IMG/VR virus record: IMGVR_UViG_3300045988_084596
Location: 121,930 to 146,360 of that record
Direction: 5' to 3' (one strand)
DNA length: 24,431 nt
Source: a virus
The stretch's first letter is position 1. Each line of letters starts with the position of its first letter. The position numbers and the translations under genes were made by a program. Shown piece after piece: positions 10,901 through 20,862 of this stretch. The notes below the pieces were generated by a model. The model was not told the origin of the DNA, did no database searches, and was given only the letters and a program-made list of their open reading frames with translations.

Positions 10901-11874
10901 GGTTTGATCAGTTTCATCCTAGGATGGAAGCAATGATTCAATATATATGGATTACCTGTGATAAAAAGAAAAGAATTACTTTACAAAATCTACCTGGGTT
11001 AATGAGATATAATCTCATTCCTGATGATGAAAAATTTGTAATGCCCAAAAGAGTTTACGAATTTAATAGATATTTAAAAGCAGAATGTAAAGACCCATAT
11101 AATGCAGGTAAGTATAAGCTAGATGAAAGAGCAATAACTTTCTTAGTTGAAATTGATTGCGAAAAACTGCTTGAAACAGATAATTTAGTTTGGTATATTG
11201 ATATAAAATCTTGGGATAAGGTTTATCAAAGTTACATGGATGTATTTAGAGCATGGATTGCAGAAAACAAAGAAAAGATTTTAGATGACTTAAATACTAC
11301 AATCTTTATGGAAGATTGGAAGAAATATGCTTCTGGTAATATTTCTTCTTGGGAAATGGAATCTTTGTGCTTTTATTATCATGACCATGAATTATCAAAT
11401 ATCAACAATAGTAAGTATGGTTTTGTAGACTTCTTTAGTTTACCAGAAGAACCTCAAGTAGATAAGGTATTTAAAAAGGGTGCTTCATTAATTCCTATCT
11501 ATAAGCTATATAAGATTTGTGGAACTTGTATTGCAAAAAATAAAGTAAAAAGTACGGTATATCTTCTTACCACTACTGGAGTTGTAGCGGTTAAGTTTAG
11601 ACAAGAATACTTCGCGTTGTTTGATAAGCAAACTTTCCAGAGAAACGAAGATGGCACAAAAAAGGTCATAGAAAAATCATGGTTTAATAGAGGTAATATG
11701 ATTGTTGTGCAGGGAATTAGACGCGGAGATGAATTTGTAACAAAGAAATATGCAAGTTCTGGAGGTCATCAACTTTATCACATTGATGAAATTGTCAATG
11801 GTACAGACTTAATTTTAAGAAGTGAAAGAAAACAAGGAGAAGAAGAGGATGAAGATAGTAGCGTTAATGGGTGA
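7993..11874 (+). CDS. dnaE: DNA polymerase III alpha subunit (PHP domain N-terminus); one in-frame TAG at 10216
   Basis: ORFs 7993-10218 and 10276-11874 are in the same frame, separated only by TAG. The conserved SYGVPPSQEQMM...GFTLAEANTARKIVGKK helix-hairpin-helix segment spans the junction. PHP histidines HAHTEFS, ITDHES. RBS AGAGAGGT. Ends TGA. Confidence 0.85.
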
Positions 11875-12316
11875 AGCAGGAAGTGGGAAGGATACTATTC
11901 TCCATAGTATTATGGAGAAATATCCTTCTTATTTCAATGAAATTATCAGTTGTACTACACGCCCTCCGCGAGAAGGGGAAAAAGAAGGAATTAATTATTA
12001 TTTTCTATCTATTGATGAATTTACAAAAAAAGTTCTTAATGGAGATATGCTAGAAGCAACAGAATTTAATGATTGGCATTATGGTACAGATAGAGAAAGT
12101 CTAACAATAGACAAAATAAATATAGGGGTCTTTAACCCTGAAGGAGTAAGATGTCTACAAGAAGATGACAATATTGAGCTTTATGTATTTTATGTGCGGG
12201 CCGCGGGTAAATAGAGATTATTAAGATAGTTAAATAGAGAAGAAAATCCTGATGTAAATGAAATTATTAGAAGATATAAGGCAGATACGGAAGACTTTCA
12301 TTTCCTTGATGATATA
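11849..12316 (+). CDS. gmk: guanylate kinase-like nucleoside monophosphate kinase; 2 in-frame TAG (12212, 12227)
   Basis: P-loop GEAGSGKDT; TTRPPREGE; YGT motif. The C-terminal RLLRQLNREENPDVNEIIRRYKADTEDF appears only when TAG is read through. RBS GGAGAAGAAGAGG. Ends TAA at 12314. Confidence 0.7.
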
Positions 12317-12449
12317 AAATATAAAACTCTTAAAAACGACACCTTAGAAGATATTGATGTCGCTGTTGATACTATATTTGGACAATTTTATTAAATTAAT
12401 AATCCCTATCTCTTATATATAATATACTCGCATAAAGAGGTGGATTTAT

Positions 12450-12881
12450 ATGTATTGTATATATTTGCATAGAAATAAAATAAATAATAAAGTATATATT
12501 GGACAAACCAAATTTGGAGATAATCCAAATAAGAGATGGCAAAATGGTAATGGATACAAGGAAAATATATCTTTTTATTATGATATATAGAAATATGGAT
12601 GGAATAATTTTGAACATATAATTTTAGAAAATAATCTTACGCTAGATGAAAGTAATAAGTTAGAAAAGCAATATATATCATATTATAATTCTACCAATCC
12701 CTCTGTTGGATATAATACAATGCCTGGTGGAGGAAAAAGCGAAAAGATTCAAGGTCCAAGTGATGCATTGAACTCATTCATTTCTTTATACTATAATGAT
12801 AGTAATGGAATATTAAAAAGCAAAAAGACTTTAGAATCTTTACAAAGGGAAAAGTAGAGATATATACAAAAAACGAGATAA
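12450..12881 (+). CDS. GIY-YIG family homing endonuclease (free-standing); 2 in-frame TAG (12588, 12855)
   Basis: MYCIYLHRNKINNKVYIGQT...R...KYGWNNFEHIILE follows the GIY...YIG...R...KYG..NFEF.ILE pattern. RBS AAAGAGGTGG. Ends TAA. Confidence 0.7.
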
Positions 12882-12896
12882 GGAGTTGTTTTATAT

Positions 12897-15110
12897 ATGC
12901 TTCAAGTAAGAAAGAGAAATGGTATCCTAGTACCATTTGATAAAGAGCGTATTATTAACGCTATAAATAAAGCTTTCATCGAAGTTGATGGGGCATTATA
13001 TGAAGATGATACAGCAAATGATATTGCAGATGAAATTAAGTATGCTGTAAAAACATCTGATGATGTAGTTTCCGTTGAAAAAATTCAAGATATGGTTGAA
13101 GATTATCTTATGAAATCTGAACGTAGAGACGTAGCCAAAGAATATATTAGATATAGATATAAAAGAGAGATTGCAAGAAAAGGCCAAGATGATTTTATTA
13201 AAGCCTTTTCTGCAAAGATTCAAGGTTCTGATATTGAAAACCAAAATGCCAATGTAGATGAAATGTCATTTGGCGGACGAGTTGGAGCAGCGTCAGATTT
13301 ACAAATGAAAAGGTATGCTCTTGATTATTTAGTTTCTAATAAATCACGAGTAAATCATGAAAATAATAGAATTTATATTCATGATTTAAATGCTTATGCT
13401 GTAGGTATGCACAACTGTCTTTCTATTCCTTTCGATGATTTACTTGAAAAGGGATTTAATACTAGACAAACTGATGTGCGCCCCGCGGGTTCTGTAAATA
13501 CCGCTTTCCAGCTTGTTGCAGTTATTTTCCAACTACAGAGTTTACAACAATTTGGTGGAGTATCTGCTACTCACTTGGATTGGACTATGGTTCCATATGT
13601 ACGAAAGAGTTTTTATAAACATTTTAATGATGGACTTGTTTATGTTGAACATACTTTATCTATGGATGATAGATTAAATTCTACTCTTCCTATTGATAGT
13701 GAAATATATAAAGAATACCCAAATGCGTATCAATATGCTATAGATATGACAGAAAGAGAGACTCATCAAGCAGTTGAAGGTATGTATCATAATTTAAATA
13801 CTTTGTAGTCTCGATCTGGAAATCAATTACCTTTTACTTCTATTAACTATGGTACTTGTACTCTTCCAGAAGGGAGAATGGTAATTAAGGCTTTACTTGA
13901 AGTTTCTATTGAGGGACTTGGTAGACTTCACAAAACTTCTATTTTCCCTTGTGGCATCTTTCAATGTGCAAAAGGAATTAATCGAGCTCCTGGTGATCCC
14001 AATTATGATTTATTCAGAATCGCTTTAAAATCTACTGCTTTAAGATTATATCCCAATTATGCCAATGTTGATTGGAGCGGAAATGCAGGATATGATAAAA
14101 ATGATCCTAAGACATACTTCTCTACTATGGGTTGTAGAACTGCGAATGGGTTCGACATTAATGGATTAGGCCAACAAAAAGATGGTCGTGGAAATATTTG
14201 TCCAGTAACAATTATTATGCCAACATTGGCTATGGAGGCTAAAAAGTATTGGGAAACCATGCCAAGCGGAGACGACTCTTGTGTTGAAACTTTTATTGAT
14301 TTCTTAGATCAAGCTATAAATGATGCTAAAGATATGCTTCTTGAGAGATTTGAGTATATTTGTTCTCAACCCGCGGAATCCGCGAAATTCATGTATGAAA
14401 ACGGCTTAATGGCTGGATATGATGGAATTTCTACTCGAAGCGCTTTAAAACATGGAACTTTAGCTATGGGACAACTTGGATTAGCTGAAACTCTACAAAT
14501 TCTTATTGGTAAAGACCATACCACAGAAGAGGGAATGAAGTTAGCTAAGCGTATTGAGCAATTATTCAAAGATAGATGTGCTGAGTATAAAGAAAAATAT
14601 CAACTAAATTTCGGAGTATATTTTACTCCAGCCGAGAATTTATGTTATACAGCTATGACTAAATTTAAAAATAAATACGGAATTATTCCAAATGTAAGTG
14701 ATAAAGAATACTTTACTAACTCTATTCATGTTCCTGTATGGAAACAAATGTCCCCTTTTGATAAGATTGATATTGAATCCCAATTAACTGGCTACTCTTC
14801 TGCCGGTTGTATCACTTATGTTGAACTTGATAGTGGTATGGAGAATAATATTGATGCATTAGAGACTTTAGTTAATTATGCTATGAATCATGATATTCCA
14901 TATTTTGCAATTAATGTCCCTAATGATACTTGCTTAAAATGTGGTTATACTGGTGAATTTAATGATAAGTGTCCAATGTGTGGTAGTGAAGATATTCAAC
15001 AGTTAAGACGCGTAACAGGATATCTTACTGGAAATTATAAAACAGCCTTTAATAAAGGAAAAGTAGCCGAAACACAAGCGAGAATTAAACACGTGGGGTA
15101 TATGGAATGA
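12897..15110 (+). CDS. nrdD: anaerobic ribonucleoside-triphosphate reductase (class III RNR); one in-frame TAG at 13806
   Basis: ORFs 12897-13808 and 13878-15110 are in frame 0. N-terminal ATP cone. C-terminal Cys4 zinc site CLKCGY...CPMCGS. Glycyl-radical motif RRVTGYL. RBS AAGGAG. Ends TGA. Confidence 0.9.
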
Positions 15111-15580
15111 AGTATGCAGGTATTATAAAAAATGACTTTTCTGCCGCACCTGGGGTGTCTTTGAGTTTTTTTACATAGGGATGTCCTCATAGATGTCAAG
15201 GTTGCCACAATCAAGAGACTTGGGATTTTAATGGAGGAAAAGAATTTACCCATGAAACCCTTAATTCAATCTTAGAAGGGCTTACTGCAAATGGAGTTAA
15301 AAGAACTCTATGTATTATGGGCGGCGAGCCACTATGTCCAGAAAATACATTTCTAACTCATTTGGTAATACAAACCGCAAAAGAAACAATTCCTGATTTA
15401 AAGGTTTATTTATGGACTGGATACTTGTATGAAGATTTAAAAAATTCAACAGATACAGTTATTTAGAATATATTCCAATTAGTTGATGTGCTAATTGATG
15501 GGCCATATATTGAACATGAAAGAGATATTACGGAACCTCTTAGAGGAAGCCGCAATCAAAAAATAATTTATCTAAAATGA
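15107..15580 (+). CDS. nrdG: anaerobic RNR activating enzyme (radical SAM); 2 in-frame TAG (15176, 15464)
   Basis: ATGA overlap with the nrdD stop. FFT(Q)GCPHRCQGCHN CxxxCxxC radical-SAM cluster motif. Invisible in the ORF track because it is split into pieces under 60 aa. Ends TGA at 15578. Confidence 0.75.
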
Positions 15581-15609
15581 ACTTTGTAAAGAGTATTTTA
15601 GGAGGATTA

Positions 15610-16119
15610 ATGATAGCAATAGCTAGCTATATCTACTTATCTGTTGGAGGTATAGTTGGAGCTATTATGTTTTCCATTGGCCTACTGACTATATTAAATA
15701 TGTAGTTTAAATTATTTACAGGTTCAGTTGGTTATATCAAGAGCAAAAATGATATAAAAGATAACTTCATTATTTTAATAGGAAATATTATTGGGGCGTG
15801 CGGGATCTTAGCCTTTCCGCACGCAGCCGCTCTATCTCTAGTCTCTGCTAAGATCGCAATCCCACTATATTTAGTTTTCTTAAAGGGGATGGTTTGTGGT
15901 ATATTTATATATTCGGCAGTATCCTCGTTTAAAAGAAATAAAGATTATATGGTGCCAGTCTGCGTAACAGGTTTTATATTATTCGGCGGAGAACACTGTA
16001 TTGCAGATCTTTGTTACACTTTGGCCGCAGGTGTGCTCTCTATTGATGTAATATTATTTTTAATAGTAGTTACAATAGGCAATGCTATTGGTGCAATTAT
16101 TGTTGACAGAATAAAATAA
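15610..16119 (+). CDS. hydrophobic integral membrane protein (about 169 aa, 4-5 TM); one in-frame TAG at 15703
   Basis: RBS TAGGAGG then ATG 15610. Same frame as ORF 15889-16119. Hydrophobic G/A/I/L-rich throughout. Ends TAA. Confidence 0.55.
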
Positions 16120-16155
16120 TTATGATATTATATTAAAAGAAATGGAGGACTAGAT

Positions 16156-16500
16156 ATGACTTTATACGAGCTAAATCAAGCGGGATATGCCTCCCTTCCA
16201 AAAATGACAAAGGCTGAATTAGAGAAAGCTAAAGGAAATATTATCACATTCTTAGATTCCAATGATTCTAGATATTATATGATGCTTAATCACGATAATA
16301 AATATTTTACTTTATTTACCTATGAAAACGATGTAAATAAAAATAAAATGGCAAGCGAGATTATTTCTGTTTCTAAGACACTTGGAGAAATCAAGGCAAT
16401 AGAGATAAATGGAAATATTGTAGAAATTTGGATTTTACATGGAGAGAAATGTGATATGTATGCGTTCTTTGATTATACAAAAGGGGTGATATAGGTATGA
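16156..16500 (+). CDS. hypothetical protein; TAG at 16492 read through to TGA 16498-16500
   Basis: The ORF track ends at TAG 16492-16494. Two codons later the real TGA forms an ATGA overlap with the next gene start, the same coupling seen at nrdD/nrdG and dut/ruvC. Confidence 0.55.
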
Positions 16501-16763
16501 CAAATGCTATTATTGTAAATTATGATCCATTTGCTATGGAATCTGCTGTATATGTTGTTGATGATGGACTACAAAAACAAATGAAAGTATGCTCTGATAT
16601 TAATGGATTAGCTGAAGCCCTTGTAGGAATTGCTTATGGAAACGGAATATATAGTATACAAGTTCATGCTCCTTTTGCAATAACAGGAGAAATCAATAAA
16701 CTTGTAAATGATTTGGAAAAAAATATGTATTCAAATAGTAAAATTACAGTTGAGGGAATTTAA
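16497..16763 (+). CDS. hypothetical protein (88 aa)
   Basis: Intact ORF. ATGA-coupled start. Ends TAA. Confidence 0.55.
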   Translation: MTNAIIVNYDPFAMESAVYVVDDGLQKQMKVCSDINGLAEALVGIAYGNGIYSIQVHAPFAITGEINKLVNDLEKNMYSNSKITVEGI

Positions 16764-16764
16764 T

Positions 16765-17007
16765 ATGTTTTATAATTTAAAGTCTACAAATACTTATAGG
16801 GTGCCTACTGTAGAAGATGCTCTTAGATTGCGCAAATGGTTAGAAAAAACCTCGGTAGGAGAATTAACTTCATTTAAATACACTACTAAATATATTAAGC
16901 AAAAAGGTGAAATAGTTGAAGAGTATCAACTCGTCACCGCTACTATTACTATTGACAACGAGAAAGAACCAGAAGGCATTATGCCAATTACCATTACGGA
17001 GGAATAA
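16765..17007 (+). CDS. hypothetical protein (80 aa)
   Basis: RBS GAGGGAATTTAAT then ATG 16765. Ends TAA. Confidence 0.5.
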   Translation: MFYNLKSTNTYRVPTVEDALRLRKWLEKTSVGELTSFKYTTKYIKQKGEIVEEYQLVTATITIDNEKEPEGIMPITITEE

Positions 17008-17008
17008 T

Positions 17009-17575
17009 ATGAGTGTATATTTTGAGAAAGTAAGTCGCTTTAGTGACATTGATCTACCTATTCCAACCCGCGCGACCGCCAATTCCGCAGGTTATGATTT
17101 CGTAGTCGCAGAAGATACAGTTCTACCTCCAATGAATTTTTTAACTTCTAAAATTCAAGACCATATTTTTGAAAAAGATAGTGACAAGGATTTTTATGGA
17201 TTTGTGAGCCCTTTTACTCTTGATGATATGGCCAATCTTACTAAAGAATTAAAGTCTAAGATTACTCTTGTATCAACAGGAATGAAATGTCATTTAAATC
17301 CTGGTCAATATCTTGAATTAAGTGTTCGCAGTTCTACTCCTCTTAAACATTGGATTATTTGCGGAAATAGCGTTGGTATTATTGATGCCGATTATTGTGA
17401 TAATCCAGATAATGAAGGAGAGATCTTTTTCCAGCTTGTTAATTTATCTCCTTTTGCTATTCAGTTAAAGCGTGGAGATAAAATTGGACAAGGAATTATT
17501 AAGAGTTATCAAATTACTGATGACGATAATGCAACTGGAGAAAGACTCGGTGGATTCGGAAGCACATCTAAATGA
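17009..17575 (+). CDS. dut: dUTP diphosphatase (trimeric dUTPase)
   Basis: dUTPase motifs: RATANSAGYDF; GIIDADY; C-terminal RLGGFGSTS. RBS GGAGGAATAAT. Ends TGA. Confidence 0.8.
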   Translation: MSVYFEKVSRFSDIDLPIPTRATANSAGYDFVVAEDTVLPPMNFLTSKIQDHIFEKDSDKDFYGFVSPFTLDDMANLTKELKSKITLVSTGMKCHLNPGQYLELSVRSSTPLKHWIICGNSVGIIDADYCDNPDNEGEIFFQLVNLSPFAIQLKRGDKIGQGIIKSYQITDDDNATGERLGGFGSTSK

Positions 17576-18051
17576 GTAATCTATTATCACTCGATTAGAG
17601 TTCGAAGATTACCGGATATGCGGTCTTTGAAGATAATAAGTTAAAAACTTTTGGTAAATTTGCTGTTGAAGATAATAATATAGATACTAGATTAGTAAAA
17701 ATAAGATAGAAGATTAAAGATCTTATTGAATAGTATCATATAGATGAAGTAGTTTTTGAAGATATATAGTAGTAGAATAATATTTCTAATAATGTTTAGA
17801 CTTTTAAGATTTTAGCAGAAGTATATGGGGTAGTTTCTGAATTACTAGAACAAGAAAAAATTCCCCATTCTTCTATTTTAGCAGTAACATGGAAATCTTT
17901 ATTGGGTATAAAAGGAAAAACTCGACCAGAGTAGAAAAAAAATGCTCAGAATTATGTTTTTTATAATTATGGGGAAAAACCCACACAGGATGAAAGTGAC
18001 GCTGTTTGTATCGGCCTTGCGCATATTAAATAGCATCAATGCGCTTGGTAA
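17572..18051 (+). CDS. ruvC: RuvC-like Holliday junction resolvase (phage or lactococcal type); 9 in-frame TAG including TAG-TAG-TAG at 17767-17775
   Basis: ATGA overlap with the dut stop. MSNLLSLD(Q)SSKITGYAVFED. EVVFEDI(QQQ)NN. C-terminal ESDAVCIGLAHI acidic catalytic motif. No ORF-track entry because of TAG fragmentation. Ends TAA 18049-18051. Confidence 0.75.
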
Positions 18052-18070
18052 TATTGGTCTAAATAAAAAA

Positions 18071-18120
18071 ATCCTCCTTTCTTAACTTTAAAATAATTTG
18101 AGAAGTTAAGAAAGGAGGAT
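18071..18120. terminator. perfect 18-bp-stem hairpin, bidirectional terminator; its 3' arm contains the SD of the next gene
   Basis: atcctcctttcttaactt (18071-18088) pairs with aagttaagaaaggaggat (18103-18120). A-run upstream, T-run downstream. Confidence 0.6.
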
Positions 18121-18123
18121 TTT

Positions 18124-18555
18124 ATGTTTGCTTTTATTACAGAACATATAGTAGAAATTCTTTTTGGTCTAATTTCCGCCGGAGCGTTGGCTTTTTGTAG
18201 ATACTTATATAAATAGTTAATGGCATATAAAAAAATGTTATAGGAAAAAGAAAATAATGATATAGTAGAACTTATTGACGAAAAATTAAAACCAATAGTA
18301 GAAGATATTGAAGAATTAAGAACATATATACGGAAAATAGAAGATAAAGAAAGACAAGATTTAACATTAATTATAGCTTCATATAGATTCAGACTTGTTT
18401 AGCTATGTAAAATATATATAAAGCAAGGATATATGACTCAAGATTAGTATGATCAACTAACAGAATTTTACAAACTATATCATTCTTTAGGTGGTAATGG
18501 ACAAGCTAAAGAATATTATGAGAAAACCATGGAGTTAGAAATTAGATCAGAATAA
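18124..18555 (+). CDS. membrane-anchored hypothetical protein (N-terminal TM, helical C-terminal domain); 4 in-frame TAG
   Basis: ATG 18124 is 5 nt after the GGAGG embedded in the hairpin arm. A single frame runs to TAA 18553-18555. N-terminal FAFITEHIVEILFGLISAGALAF hydrophobic segment. Confidence 0.55.
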
Positions 18556-18560
18556 AAAAA

Positions 18561-18586
18561 ATGGGGAACTCACTTGAGTTCCCCAT
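18561..18586. terminator. bidirectional hairpin terminator between convergent + and - modules
   Basis: atggggaactc pairs with gagttccccat (11-bp stem, 4-nt loop), flanked by an A8 run (18553-18560) and cttcttt. It overlaps the last codons of the - strand gene. Confidence 0.6.
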
Positions 18587-18896
18587 CCTTCTTTAAGCGA
18601 TTAAAAATAGAATTAGTCATATTTATTATTTCCTAGCCATATGTAGCAATTAAATCAGCTAATAATTCTTCTTGTTCGATAGACAATTCTATTCCATAAC
18701 TAAACATTGCAGCGTGCGTTAACTCATGACATAAAACTTTTTTCATCATTAATGGAGATAATTCTCCATTAATATAAATACCTTTAGTTTCATTATCACA
18801 AGCTCCTATCGTTAATTGTCCATCGCTTCTAATTAACATAGGATGAATTGGAGAAGTTAAAAATAATTTCCATCCTTCTCCATTAATATTAAACAT
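18570..18896 (-). CDS. HExxH zinc-metallopeptidase-like small protein; one in-frame TAG at 18633
   Basis: HELTHAAM motif. ORF-track end 18633 is a TAG. The frame continues 21 codons to TGA (rc 18570-18572). Confidence 0.6.
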
Positions 18897-19503
18897 GGTT
18901 TAAAGAAGATATTTTTGTAGCAAGAGCAGAAATTTTCTTTTCTAATAACTGTCTTTCTTCTGGGCTTGCGTCATCAATCATTTCAACTAAATCTTCGCTT
19001 AATTCTTTCATGTATTTATCTAATTCTTTCATCTTTATTTCTTTATCTTTATGAAGCTCTTTTGATTCCATATACATCCGACGTATCATAGGACTACGAC
19101 CTTCGCGAGAATCTCTTAAATCCATTGGAAATTCTTTCTCGTTATAATATATTGGTCTATCTCCATAGTTTCTGCTGCTATCCTGCATATCTCCTCTATC
19201 TGATTCAGTATATCTCCCTTGAGAATCTCTTGAACGAGGATAGTACATTCTACCCCATTCATTTCTGTCCATATCTCTATCGGGTAAATAATATGGAGGA
19301 GTAATTGGAATGTAATACTTTCTATGTTCTTCATCTTTCTCTTCCATTGCTTTTACAATAGAACAGTAGTACATTGCCTGCTCTAAATCTTTTATCATAT
19401 CAATAGCTTCGCCTAATTCATGAGTGTCTACATTATGAATATCACTTAGCTATGATTGAACACACCCAATAAGAGTTTCTTTCATATGTTTAAGTCTTTC
19501 CAT
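18889..19503 (-). CDS. low-complexity R/D/S/Y-rich protein with coiled-coil C-terminus (204 aa); one in-frame TAG (rc 19450-19452)
   Basis: In-frame ATG at 19503 with RBS AGGGTGG, 35 codons upstream of the ORF-track start. Ends TAA. Overlaps the next gene by 8 nt. Confidence 0.55.
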
Positions 19504-19505
19504 AA

Positions 19506-19928
19506 TTAAGCCACCCTTTCAATAATTAAATTTGCATTTTGGATGTCAATAGTCTGAGTAGAAACATTTTTTACTGCAATTTCAAAGCAACATCCTCTTG
19601 GCACATCAATAAATATAGAACTTGCTACATTATTATAATCTCCTACTGCCGCTGGAGTAGAAATCATAGTAGTAGAAGCTACCCCTTCTCCATTGATAGC
19701 AATGGCTAAAGAAATTGGGCCTGCTGTTCCACCCGCGGCGATTGCAATATTACCGCTAAAATGAGCTTTATATCTAGCTCTGCATTGAGTAGATGTATTA
19801 CCTTTTAGTGTTACTAGTCCACTTCCAACGCGATGTAGTAGGCTGTTGGAACAGCCTACTACCGCATCGGTAAAAAGGACATTTTGATTAGCTGGTACTG
19901 TTTGTATAGCATTCGCGATAATTTCCAT
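19506..19928 (-). CDS. BclA C-terminal-domain-like (C1q/TNF-like beta-sandwich) protein, probable fibre-tip or receptor-binding module; no TAG
   Basis: The C-terminal ...IQNANLIIERVA resembles the BclA_C terminus ...IIIEKVA. G/A/T/S/I/V-rich beta composition. RBS AAAGGAGAG. In-frame stop upstream of the ATG. Confidence 0.55.
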   Translation of the reverse strand: MEIIANAIQTVPANQNVLFTDAVVGCSNSLLHRVGSGLVTLKGNTSTQCRARYKAHFSGNIAIAAGGTAGPISLAIAINGEGVASTTMISTPAAVGDYNNVASSIFIDVPRGCCFEIAVKNVSTQTIDIQNANLIIERVA

Positions 19929-19956
19929 TGAACCAAATCTCTCCTTTTAATTTAAA

Positions 19957-20862
19957 TTAGCATCCGCAACTATTCACGCTATAGCAACAGTTGGGATTTG
20001 GGACTACATATGCGGGAACTGGACAATCACGGCCTAATCTACGAATGATCTCAGAAGTCTGAGCTTCTTGATTGGCTGTAATAAAGGCGTTCTGAGCCTA
20101 CTGAGAAGCCGCTAAACGAAGAGCCTGATTCTCATTCTGCAAGTCATTGATTTTCTCCTGGCAGAGATAATCAAGAATTGCACGAGTTCCAGCGTTTTGA
20201 CTGTCAATAATATCACGAGTATTATTAGACATAGAAGTTTGAAGAGCGTTAACATTTGTTGCTATATTATAGTTAACGTCAGCAAAGCCTCTTTCAATCT
20301 GACGGCCTGTCTCGCAGCAACAATCTGCAATCTAGCGAGAAATAGCGTTTTGATTTGTGAGATTATCAAAGCTTGCTTGTTGAATTGCAGATCTTGTATC
20401 ACAGCAACAATTTGCTAATTGGGTAGCTAAAGCATTCTGACCTTGCATTAAAGCTACATTGGTATTATTGAAACCTTGCTGTGTTTGATAGCCTAACTGG
20501 CAAATAGCGCTATCAACACCATGGAAACCATTAGTAATAGAATTATTTAGAGCATAAGTACTATCACAAATTCCCTGATGAATAGCGGTAACGCCATTTT
20601 GGAGATTTTGTAATGCAAAACCTTCATTGATATCGGCACGAGTGGCCCATCCCTGGCCAGAAGGAGATCCGAATCCACTACCATTAGATCCAAAGCCTCC
20701 AAAACCGCCGAATCCATTTCCCCATCCAGCGAAACAGAATAGGAAGAGAATTATAATCCACCAGGCTCCTCCGTCATTCCACATTCCGCCGTTATTACGA
20801 TCGGTACCGCCAGTAGCTGCGGCAATATCTGCTAAAGAATACCCACTGTTAGAATTGAACAT
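19957..20862 (-). CDS. membrane-anchored Gly-rich, Cys-triplet repeat protein (301 aa); 2 in-frame TAG (rc 20332, 20098)
   Basis: Strong RBS AAAGGAGGAACTTAA then ATG 20862. TM segment AWWIIILFLFCFAGW. GFGGFGGFGSNGSGFG linker. Repeats carrying NCCCDTR and DCCCETGR. C-terminal CPVPAYVVPNPNCCYSVNSC. Ends TAA. Confidence 0.6.

Noticed and set aside
12897-15110. Possible group I intron in nrdD, given the adjacent homing endonuclease.
   Set aside because: nrdD reads as one continuous frame with conserved N- and C-terminal motifs. The only interruption is a single TAG, and there is no intron-sized insertion.
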